Origin: Vicugna vicugna
Lineage: Eukaryota
DNA length: 64,000 nt
Assembly: GCA_013265495.1 (NCBI GenBank)
Contig: MU058557.1
Span: 312,001-376,000 of the forward strand
Direction of reading: 5' to 3'
Shown: positions 18,801 to 52,589 of the stretch, one piece after another
Layout: every line of letters begins with the position of its first letter
Position numbering within the stretch: the first letter of the stretch is position 1
Program-made: the position numbers and the translations under genes
Notes under the pieces: generated by a model
The model's input: the letters and a program-made list of their open reading frames with translations, nothing else
Told to the model about the DNA's origin: nothing
Databases searched by the model: none

Positions 18801-20906
18801 TCCCACAGGCCCTCGCTGGGGTCAGGCTCCCTCAGCCCCAGTGCCTTTGCATGTGCTGTTCCCAGCTCGCCACCTGGCTGACTCTGGCCTGCCCCCTGGG
18901 TCTTAGCAGACCTCCTCCCGGGTTTGCCCCCGCACGCCTCACTCACTCTTAGTTTGTCATTCTGCCTTACTTGTCTAGGTTCCCTGCCCACTCTGGACCG
19001 GGAACCCCTGAGGGTGTGTCTGCCTTGCTTACCGCTTGACTGAGTGTGGGAGAGGTGCCCAGGGCCTCCTTGGATTGTGGGGCAGTGGGCATGGGTGGGG
19101 ATGGAGCCCTGGACCCCCGGAACGGGGCGGGGGACTCCTCTTCCTTCTTGGAGTCTCCTGTACTCCCTGAGCCGGAGCAAAGAGGAGGAGGCCTACCCTC
19201 AGTGAAGTCCCCTGCCTCCACAGGCAGTACCTGCTGCCCACCCACAGAAAGAATGCAACTGGGAGGCTCTGAACACAGCTCGGGTTCCCTTATTTGGTGG
19301 TGGTGGGGTCACTGTGTGGTGGTGCCTGGCTTGTGTCCTGCCCCTCTCCCAGCCTAGGGAGGGGCTCAGGTAGGGATAGGCGCTTGGAGTAGGCAGAGCC
19401 AGGCCCATCCCTTTAGGGGTCCCGCAATTGCTCCTGAGGCCTGGACACTGGGGTGGAGCAGTGAAGCCAGGACATTGGGCCCCCAGGCTGCTGCATGTAC
19501 ACATCTGAGAGAAAGGGCACTGCCTGTGCTTCTGAGTTCCTTCTGCCATGCCCCCAGCCCCTGAACCTGGCCTTCTTCAAAGCTCACTTCTTCCAGGAAG
19601 TCTTCCATCCACACACCACCCCCAACCCAATTCTAGCAGTGACTAACTGGGGGCTGGGGACTGTACTCCCCATATCCAGCCCAGGGCCGCAGGCAGATTT
19701 GCCTCTGGAGCCCGGGTGGGGAATGAAGACAGCCAGTTGCTGTGGGGGTTCGGCTGGAAGACCCTTTTGGACCATATCTGAATCTCTCACTGCCAAGGTG
19801 ACCCCAGCCTTGGAAGGAATCCTGATTGGCGCAGGGGAGGTGATGTTTGGAGACAAGGAGCCTTGGTATTGACTCCTTGGTGGCGAGGTGAAGTGGTCAG
19901 TCCAGCAGAGGGCAACAAGGTGATGACAGAGCGTGGGACACAGGGGTGGGGATGGGGACCAGGACGGCGGCAGGAGCCTCTTGGGTGGCCCTCACTTTGT
20001 CTTTATGGGCGTACACCACCGTTCTTTATTCACATCCCTAACCTTGCCCCCGCCCAGGCCCCGACCCTCGTCCTAGACGTTCCTGGAAAGTATGGCCTGG
20101 CGATCTCCGCACCAGCGCAGAGCTGGGCACACAGCCTGCGCGGAAGAGCATTTGTTCCCTGGCTTCGCGACCCACGGGTCTTGAGGCGGGGAGAGCAGGG
20201 GCTTCGGAGGGGAGCAGCGCCCTCTGCGGCCGGAGTGGAGGCGGTAGGAACAGCGCGAAGGGGGTCATTCCCGGGGGAAATGGGAGCGCAGTAAGGCTGG
20301 GCGGGCTCGGGTCCCAGGCCGCGCCCGACCCGCACAGGGACGAGCCTTGATTCGTGCGAGAGGCCGCATCTCCTCTGGGATCGTAAGGAGCGCGGCGGCG
20401 GCGGCGGCGCACTGATGGGAGGGGACTACGGCGGTGACCTCAGGGGGCGCCCCACCCCCTGGCTCCTGACACCCGGCGGGGCTCGGGCGAGGGGAGGCCG
20501 CTTTGCAGCGCCAGGCCCCACTCTCCTGGTTCCTCTGAGGCGTTAGCGGAGCCCCTGCGGCCCCACCACTCAGGAACCCAGGGAAGCGCGCGCCGGGCCG
20601 GGGCGCTGGCAGGAGGCGCCCTCCGCCGCCTTTAAATCCCTGGCGCCCCCGGCCCCCCCCAGCCCCACCCCGCGGCGCGGCCCCGCCCCCTCATGCATAT
20701 GCAGGTGCGCGGGTGACGAATGGGCGAGCGAGCTGTCAGTCTAGCCCCGAACTTGTTGGCTGCGGGCGCCGGGAGCGCGGGCGCGCAGAGCCAAGGCCGG
20801 GACCAGCCACCGCCGCCGCCGCCGTCGCCGCCGCCGCCGGGAAGGATCCGGGTCGGGCCGGAGGGCGGCTGCCTGCGAGGCCGAGCGCCGCCGCCCCTGC
20901 GCGCCC

Positions 20907-21005
20907 NNNNNNNNNNNNNNNNNNNNNNNNNNNNNNNNNNNNNNNNNNNNNNNNNNNNNNNNNNNNNNNNNNNNNNNNNNNNNNNNNNNNNNNNNNNNNN
21001 NNNNN
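20907..21005. other. Assembly gap (99 N) in JAG2 5' UTR
   Basis: Run of N. Confidence 0.99.
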
Positions 21006-21101
21006 GCTCGGAGGGCGGGCAGGCGGGCGCTGGGAGGCCGGAGCCAGGCGCGCAGGGGCGGCGGCGGCGGCGGCGGGTCGGCGGGCGGGGTCGAGGCGGC
21101 G

Positions 21102-43729
<22,628 letters not shown>

Positions 43730-44078
43730 GAGCGCGGCCGCCCGCCGGACCACAGGAGGCCGAGGCTGTGTGCATAGTTTCTTTATTTTGTGTAAAAAAA
43801 CTCACCAAAAACAAAAAACAAATGTTTATTTTCTATGTTCCTTTACCCTTGTATAAATTATTCGACAACTGTCAGGCGGAAGACAGCGGAGTTCTCTCGG
43901 GTAGTGGCTATTTTTGTAACGTTGCCGTGTGTCGCACCTGCTATGTGGCCAGAGAGAGCAAGGGTGTCTGTGTCCTCAGCAAACCGTATAGCGTTTGTTG
44001 CCAGAGGTGGTGTGCTGTTTACAGAATCTTCCTTTATTCCTCACTTGGGGTTCTCAGTGGCTCCAGGCCAAAGAGCCA

Positions 44079-44270
44079 GTGGGACCCGTGGCTGTCGGTG
44101 GGACCACCCGTGGCTGACAGTGTGGCCGAGGCTGTCAGTGGACCCATGGCTCTCGGTGGGACCTCGGATGTTTGGCGTGGCCTGTGGCGCTCAGTGGCGC
44201 CTGTGGTTGCAGTGGGGCTTGAGGTCATCGGTGGGGCCCGTGGTGGTCGGCGTGGCCTGAGGCCCGTGGG
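44079..44270 (+). repeat. Degenerate ~18-19 bp minisatellite in JAG2 3' UTR
   Basis: About 10 diverged units like GTGGGACCCGTGGCTGTCG. Confidence 0.75.
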
Positions 44271-44553
44271 CAGACCCTCGCTGGCCCCTGGCCCGTCCCC
44301 GCCAGTCTGCCGTGCTCGCTTGCTCCTGCCCGGAATGCTCGCTCCAGAGGTCTCTCAGCTGTGCTTTCAGAAGTGCCCTTCCCGACTGCTCTGTTCCCCT
44401 GGGACGGTGGCAGTATTGAAGCTCGCGACAAGTGCCTTCACACAGACGCCCCCCTCGCAACTGTCAGCGTTTGCCGTGGGCACCAGGCCACTGCCCACCT
44501 GCCGGCCCCGGCCACCCCTCCTCGTCAAAGTGCATTTTTGTAAATATGTACAT

Positions 44554-44559
44554 ATTAAA
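44554..44559 (+). terminator. Probable JAG2 polyadenylation signal ATTAAA
   Basis: Variant hexamer in an AT-rich block about 830 nt after the stop, with upstream TGTA motifs and downstream T/GT-rich sequence. Confidence 0.7.
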
Positions 44560-47500
44560 TGAATCACTCTGTATATTGGATTTAGTAACTTAAACGTTTT
44601 GGCCTCCCTTGTCCTTTGGGTGCTGTCCCTTTGTTACTTAGAGCTGGGCCAGGCGCAGGGAGGCTGGAGGGTGGACTGCATGTGTGCGGTGGGATGGTCC
44701 TGCGACCTGGGGCCCCCTTGGGCCACGGACACGTTGGTGTCTGTGACAGACGCTTTCCTGGAAATGAGGCGAGGGGAGGGGCTTTGCACCCACCCCAGTG
44801 GACACAACTTCAGAGAGCTTCATAACGTCAAGTTGCTTAGCTGTGGGGAGCTGTCCAGGTTTGAAGGAATCAGCAGGTCAAAACTCAAGAGAACGGAAAC
44901 CCTAGGCCAAGAGTGGCTCTTGCATCTGGCTGGTTGGGCAAACGGCTCAGCTTGGCTGTTGGGGGCAGCCATCGAAGGCCGGCTCTGACGTCTGTCCATT
45001 TGGGCACAAGTCACCCAGAGGGGCAGATGGTCGCTAAGTGCTGTTTGGCCCAGCCTCATGCTGCCACCCCTGGGTGGCCAGCCAGACCAGTCCAAAGCTT
45101 CAAGCTTCCTTTCAAGCCGTGTTGACCTGACTTGGGCCTCTAGGTGCCCGTGAGGAACAAACGCCAATGTCTGTGAGCTTTCTGCGCTCTGTAAGTGGTT
45201 TTCCAACGTCAGTGAGCAGACCACAGTCCAGACCCTGGCGCACGGGGAAGCTGGCACCTGAAGCAAGCGACACTCGCCCCGCTTTGTGTGCCTGTCGGAC
45301 ACCTGGACCCAGAGGACGAGGCGTGTTTGCTGGCCATGCTCACACCAGCAGGGCGGGCAGTCCCAACAGGCTGGATGGGAGCCTGAAGATAACCTAGCAG
45401 GCTTGAACTTCTAGAAACGACAAAGTGCCACCCCCAAACTAAAACCTAGACAGCCACTCCAAGTCACGGCCGGAGAAGGAGTTAGTGAAGAAGAGGTTGC
45501 AAGAAAACGAGCCAGGTGCAGCCCAGTGACAAAAGGTGGGCACCGTGTGAGCGGCCCGTGCGGCTCGTCGGGGCACTGCCCAGCGGGCCACCCCCAGGCG
45601 AGGGGCCGTCAGGTGTGGAGTGGGCAGGGACGGGGCAGGCACCGGTGGGGCTGCGTGACTGCTGTCCTCGGGACTCATGCTGCGGGTGATGCCAGTGGGT
45701 CCCCCACCCACTAGGCAAGCCCCCTGTTACCTCAAGGGGGGCAGGTCCTGGCTGGGGTCTGGGGGGCTAGTGGCACCTTGTCTGCTTGGGGAAGGGCCTG
45801 CTGTCACAGGCGGGAGCGGGTGGCACCCCTAGGCCATCTATACCCGCCACACCCCCTGTGCACATGCACGTGCAGCCTGGCCATCCCCCCAGGGCTGCCC
45901 CCCGGCGTCCTGAGCCCACCCAGCTTCTGGCCTTCCTTCCCCGACTCTGGCCCAGCTTGGGTAACCCGGTGCCTGGCAGGGGTGGGAACAGGGCTGTCCG
46001 TGTGCCTCTCCGGGGACTGGATGTCCTGCGCTCCAGCCCAACGCGTGCATCACTGCTGACTGGTGGGGCCCCTTCTTCCAGCGCCGCCCCCTGCTCCTGG
46101 AAGGCCATGAAGTGTGGCCGGGACTGTGTGCCCGTGGCCCCCAGGGCCACCTCTGTCCCCAGAGCACCACTTGTCCCTTGGGCCCCTGGCTTCACTTCGT
46201 CTCCCCATCCTGAGGGCCAACCCCCACAGCAAGGGTTAGGCCCCTCTGTCCCCCACCAGCACCTTGTCCTCTCCTGGGTGGGCAGTGAGCCCCCAGAGGG
46301 GCAGCTGCTCCGTTAGGGGGTTCAGACAAAGGATGACACAAGGTGCTCTTGCTGTGGCTACCCCGTCACCCCAAGGCTGGTGCTGGGCTCCCGAGTCTGC
46401 CCGGGAACTGTCCGTGACCCTAAATCGAGGCTCTTCCGTTTGCCTGCGTTGACGAGGCAGCATTGCACTGTGGCCAGATGGGAGTGGACATGAAGTCCAG
46501 GCACTGTGAAGGCTCCCCAGTCCCCTCTGCAGCCTCCTTCCACAAGCCCACCTCACTCTGCACAGCTGGGGGCCTCCTCTCCTGCTGCCCCTGGCTCTTA
46601 CGTATCCCGGGTGAAGGCCCTGCGGGAGCCGGATGGGAGAGGCTGGGACTCAGCCTGCAGGGGCTGGGGGTGCCCCTTCACTGTCCCTGGGGTGCCTGAG
46701 TCACCCTGGAGCCTGGTGGGCAGTGGGCTCTGGGGGCAGCACGAGACTCCGCGGTGGGGCTTGGGGGCTGGGGTCCCTGAGAGGACAGTCGGGCCAGGGC
46801 CTTTGGACTTGCTCCCAGCTGGGGTCTGGGGGTGCTGAGTGGGCCCAGCAGGAGCTCCGTGACCCCTCATTTGCATCTATGACCCTGGCGCTGGGCAGTT
46901 GAGAGACGGTGTTGGGATCAGCGCAGCCATCAAGAGGGAGGTGGGCTTCAGGTGCCCAGGGAGTGGGGGGTGCACGCGCGGGTCCAGCACAGAGACGGGT
47001 TGGGGGCAAGGCAGCTCAGCAGATGGCGACCTGAGGGCTCGGCCAGGGGAGAGGTGAGACTGGGTGGAGGTCTGAGGCCCCTGGCCAGGCTGCGCTGGGG
47101 GCAGGGAGACAGGGGCAGCTCCGGGCAGTGGGCACTCTCTCCACCGCAGGGGGACTCCGGGCTTCGGGCTGGGGTCAGAAGGCCCCCCACCTCCTCTTAT
47201 TCCTTCATGGCCAGAGCAAGGAGCGGGGCTGTTCCCAGCCCAGTCAGGACCAAGGGGCGTGTCCTGGCCCAGTGTCCTGACGGGCAGGAGCAATGCCATC
47301 CACACTCACCACCCGCTGCTCCCTCGCTGCTGGGCCCCCAGGACTGCACCAGCTGGCTCTGCTTGGCGACTGCCGAGTCTCCGAAGAAACCGTGCCCCTG
47401 GGAGCAGGGAGGAGATTCCACACGTGTCCCCAGGGCGGCCGGGCTGTTAACCCCTGCAGACCAGGCTGTGGAGGGGCGTGTGGGCTGCATGGTGGCCTGG

Positions 47501-49072
47501 CTCCAGCCATCCCCGAACAGGACACAGCCTGGCTTGCCCCTCCCTCATCAGACCCCCAGGCCTAGGAAGCTGTTTTGGCGGGGACCTGGAAGGGTCTCCA
47601 AGTGAGAGCATCAGGGTGCCAGGGGCTGGGCGACCACCCGGCAGAAGGGAAAGTGAAGCCCATGAGGGAGGGGCCTGGCCTGCGACGGACTGTGCCCTCC
47701 CCGGCCCTGGCCGATTCTGGAAGCCCGCCACAGAGCCACGGAGGGTTTGCCAGGGCCCAGAAGACACTCCTCCAGGCCCAGGGCCAGCCTCGAGGCCAGG
47801 CGGCAGCTGGAGGGTGCCTGAACACAAACACTGCCAAGGATGGGCTGGAAGGGGGCTCTGAGCAGGGGTGGGTGTGTGGGGACGTCCCCCACCTCGGGCC
47901 GGGGTTGGGGTGTGCTGGGACCCCCTGGTCCCTGGGCGCCTAAGTGTCCCCCTCTGCCCCCCAACCCTCTGTACCTGCTTATGGGAGAAAAACAGCACGA
48001 GGCCCAGGGACAGCCACACCCCTAGCCCAGCAATCCCTGCCTCCCTTCCGCCGGGCTCCCACGGGGCTGGGGGCTGCGGCTCCCTCAGCCCCATCCCTGG
48101 GTAGGGCTGCTGTGCCTTCCGTCCCCACAGCTCCCCAGCCCCAGGGTCCCTGGAACCAGGCAGACCCGAAAATCACCCTCAGGGGGCTCGGTGTCCAGAG
48201 AGAGGCCCAGTCAGAACCCCCAGCACCTGTCCCATGAGACAAGGGCTGATGGAGACATGGGCCACAGAGCTAACTGTCAGAGAGAGAGAGAGAGCACGCG
48301 TCACAGGAGAACAAAGGGCAGACCGAAACGGCTCTGGAGCTAAAACAGGACATCCCAGCAAGCAAGTCAGCTGCGAAATTGAAGGAACAGGTGGTCAGTG
48401 TGGAGACCCAAGCCAGGGCCCCGCAGATCACAAGCGAAAAGATGAAATCCTTGGGGTAGAGAACTCAGGGGTGCTAACATGAGTAACAGGGGCTCTGTCC
48501 AGAAGGAGAGTGAGGAGCAGGTGGGAGAAGCAGGGACTTAAAGGGAAAGAACCATTTCTGAGCTAAATGCAGGCCCAGCCGGCCTACAGAGGGGCCCCTG
48601 GGTCCCGGCTGAGCGCAGAAGCTGGCACATGGATGGGGACTGCAGACGCTCTGGAACTCTCGGAGGAGTGAGAGACTTGCAGGGAGATGAGCCAAAAGCG
48701 TGAAGGAGGAGAGCGAAGCAGACTGGGTGGCAGGTCCCGGATGCCCCCCCCCCGCACTTCTGGTACTTTCTCTCCAGGCCGGTGCCCGGCAGGTGACTGT
48801 GCTGGGTAACCTGTCCCCCTGGGCGGAGCCTTGGGAGCGGCGTGTGGTTCTCCAGCCTCTGGCCCTGCTGAGCCACGGAGTGAGTGGGACCCGCTACCAG
48901 ATGAGGCCTGGGGCACCGGGACCCCCATGGAGAGCCGCCCCAACCCGGTGGGCTCCCGTGGGGGCAGGGAGTCCACCTGTGTGTGAAACCACCAAGACGT
49001 GAGGCGTGCTTATTCCTGCGGCGCATCTTCCCCAGCCTGACGTGAGCACGTGGGGTGGGACTCCCGCTAGTG

Positions 49073-49245
49073 CAGACACACCTCGCGACACTGCGCTCAG
49101 CAGATGCTGCGTTTTTCACAAACGGAAGTTTTGTGGCAACCCTGTGTCGAGCAACGCTTTCAGTGCCATTTTCCCAACAGCAGTAGTTATAAATGAAGGT
49201 CTGTACTTTGCTTTTTCAGACGTAATTCTAGTGCCCACTTATTGG
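49073..49245 (+). mobile_element. Tigger1 DNA transposon 5' fragment
   Basis: cagacacacctcg...tttgtggcaaccctgtgtcgagcaa...gccattttcccaacagca matches the recalled Tigger1 left end. Confidence 0.7.
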
Positions 49246-50714
49246 AGGCGTGATGGAGGGGCTGCAGGGACACGCTGGTTCCTTGCAGGGAGCCTGAGGG
49301 AACAGGAGGCTTCTCCTCCCCACCCTGGGGGAGAGGGGTGGGGTGGTCCCGTGGGCCTTGCCAGGGGAGCGCCAGGGCGCCACGGGCAGATGAGGGCGCC
49401 CAGAGGAGAGAGCCCACCCCTCACCCTGGCTGCAGAAATCCACGGTGCCAAGCGTGGACCCCGGGGTAGGGGGTGCACAGGCTTGCACAGGGGACCGTGG
49501 GGGGCACAGGGGACCCTGCAGCCTGGGTGCTGCCTTGGGAGGTGGGGCCGCCGATGGGAGCAGCTGGGGCAGCTGGAGAGGGGACAAGGGTCAGGCAGGG
49601 AGTGGCCTGCGCAGCCGGAATCCACAGGGTGAGGACCTCGTGGGAGGACTGTGTGGGACATACTGGGAGAGTGGAGAACCCCCGTGGGTGGTCCCTGGGG
49701 TGGGGGCTCCAATGACCTCAAAATGTGCCTCCTGTCAACGTGCACAGATGGGGGCCGGCTTAGGGCAGAGCACCAAGCAGGGGCCTCGCCCTCGCCAGAG
49801 GCCCTGGCCTGAGGGAGCGGGCGGAGGAGGGTGGGCTGGCTGCTGCACCTCCCCAGACCAGCACAAAGTCCCAAACTCACCACCAAGCCAGGTGCAAGAC
49901 GAACGCGGAACACGAGGCGGAAGAAAGCGCGGAGGCAGAAGAGATCATTGTAAGAAAACCGAGCCAAGACCGGAAGCCGCCAGGAAAGGAGAGGGCAGTG
50001 AGCGTGTCCACTTCTCATCCTCGGAGGGGCTGGCGGGGAAGGCGGCCCACCACGGCCTCCTCCGCAGGGGGTGGGGTGTGGGCCGGGCGCGGGGCTGCCT
50101 GGCTGCCACAGCCGGGGACTCCTTGTGTCTCAACGGACAGCAAGCAAGTCCCCACGCACGGGAGGCCCGGGAAGACGGGGGCGGACCTTCAGGTGAACAG
50201 GGAGACGAAGGGTGACCAGCACGCGCTGCCTCAAACCAGCCGGATTCAGAGCAGGACGACCTAGCCGCGCACAGACCAGGAGAAGGATGACGGGGGGCCC
50301 AGCTCATGCCACTGCTCTCCCCGGGGAGAGAATGGTGTCAGCAGGGTTAATAACCACGCTGTGTGCCGCTCGGCACGCACACACGCGTGCACACACATGT
50401 GCACACACATGCTCACACAGACTCATACACACTGACCCCCAATAGAACAGAGTCTAAAACTGGAGGCCAGTGTCCGTGAGACCCGTGTGACAAGGCGGCA
50501 TTGGCCAGACGGTGTTGGCACACAAGGCTCCATCTTCTCTACAACGCAGTTCATCGGAATCCAGGTGTAACGTGGGAGAGTCGACACCTGCACCATTCAA
50601 GGAGCGTCTACAAATTAACACGAAGGCAAACACGTCTAGCAGGAAATCGGGCAACGAGTAGGAAGAAAGAGTTCTAACAAAAGCCAATCCAAACAGCAAC
50701 GAAGGAAAAAGAAG

Positions 50715-51176
50715 GTGGTGGGCGGTTCCGTTCCTAATCCCCGGAACCTGGGAAGATGGGATGGTACCCAGTCAAAGGGCTTTGCAGATGTGACCAAGTG
50801 GGAATCTGGGGTGGGGAGAGGGTCCTGGGTCACCTGGGCAGGCAAAGTCTTCACATGAGCCCTTAGAAGGCCTGCCCTGGCTGGGGAGACGCTGCTCTGG
50901 AGGAAAAGTCCCAGAAATGCGACACTGGGAGACACTGAAGATGGAGGAGGGTGGCCGTGAACCAGGAAAACGCGGGCTGGAAACGAGAAGATGGAAAAAG
51001 TGAGGAAACGGATTCTTTCCTAAACACTCCGGAAGGATCAAAGCCCTGCCGACGGCTGGATCTTAGCCCAGCGAGACCCAGGTTGGAATTCTGACCTTGG
51101 GAACCGCGACACAGTAAATTTGTGCTGTTTAAAGCCACTAAGTTTGTGGTGGTGTGTCAGCAATAGGAAGCTCGCA
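50715..51176 (+). mobile_element. MaLR LTR, MLT1D-like
   Basis: cctaatccccggaacctg, ctttgcagatgtga, ggaaacggattct, taaatttgtgctgtttaaagccactaagtttgtgg. Confidence 0.75.
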
Positions 51177-51384
51177 GAGAGAAAAGGCCACTCCAACTCC
51201 GTAACGGCCTGAGAAATGCCAGTTAAGGTAACAGTGAAATAACCCCTTGAACCCGTCAGAACCCAGCCCCGTCAGCGGCGGGGACGCGCTGCCAGCGGGC
51301 TTGGGGACAGTTCCCCGGTGGATGCCAGAGCTGGGAAGGAAGGATCCAGGAGAGGGGGTGATGAGATCGTCTGCATCTTCTTTG

Positions 51385-52145
51385 AATTCCATTTCTCAAA
51401 ATCGTGGTAAAATCTACATAAAATAATTTACCGCCTTAACCATTTTGAAGTGTGTGGTTCGGTAGTGTTGAGCGTGTTTGTGTTGTGGTGAAACAGATCT
51501 CCAGAATTTCTCATCTTGCAAATCTGAGACTCTGTCCTGTTAAACAACAGCTCCCCCAGCCCTGGCAACCACCATCCTACACTTTGTTTCTACGAATCTG
51601 ACTATTTTAGATAGATCATACAAGTGGAATTACACAGTACTGATCTTTTTGTGACTGGTTTGTTTCGCTTGGCATGCTGTCCTCAAGGTCCATGCCTGTT
51701 GTAGCCAAGCGTCAGCATGTCCTTCCCTGGTAAGGCTGAGTGACGGTCCATTGAATGGATGGACCACATCTTGTTGGTCCAGTCATCTGTCCGTAGACAC
51801 TCAGACTGCTTCCACCTCTTGGCTGTTGTGACTAGTCCTGCTATGAACATGGGAGTGCAAAGAGCTCTGAGACCCTGCTTTCAATTCTTTTGGATAAATA
51901 CCCAGAAGTGGGATTGCTGGATCATATGGTAGTTTTATTTTTAATTTTTGGAGGAACCACCGTCCTGTTTTCCATAGCAACTGCACCATTTTACATTCCT
52001 ACCAACAGCGAACAAGGGTTCCATTTGCTCCACATCCTTGCTGATGCTCAATATTTTAAAAAAATTATAGTACCCAACCTAACTGGCATGATGTGGTATC
52101 CCACTGTGGCTTATGATTTGCATTTCTTCAATGATTAGTGATGCT
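51385..52145 (-). mobile_element. L1 3' fragment
   Basis: Minus-strand translation [18 protein letters not shown] is L1 ORF2 C-terminal. Confidence 0.88.
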
Positions 52146-52589
52146 GTGTTGATCTGTGTTCTTTTAAAAAAGTCATGACTCTCTGTGTCATACACACAAA
52201 CACATCTATGTGTATTATGTGCATATATGACCTCACAGGCTTGAAGAGAGAATAGAGAAATTGTACATACACACCAGGTGGGTGACCTGGTGAAGGTGCG
52301 GCTGGGGTCAGGGGAGGGGTAAGGAGGATGAGGTTGGAAGGGAAGGTGGACCAACAAGGAAAAGGGGCAGAGAGCAGCTTTAAAACAAACACGTATAGTC
52401 CGATGACGTTCATGTATTTGTGTGAAGTCAGGTGCGACACTGAAAAGCAAATAAAATTAGGACTTAGCACACAGCAGCAAAGCATTGCCTACAGCTGCAG
52501 AACCACAAAACTGGGGCCAGAAGGACTATCGGAAGAAAACACGTAATATTTAAAGGTGACTTGGAGAAGTGGGAGAGCAGTAACAATTT

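Noticed and set aside
44079..44270. CRISPR-like array
   Set aside because: Units are contiguous and degenerate with no unique spacers, and the context is a mammalian 3' UTR
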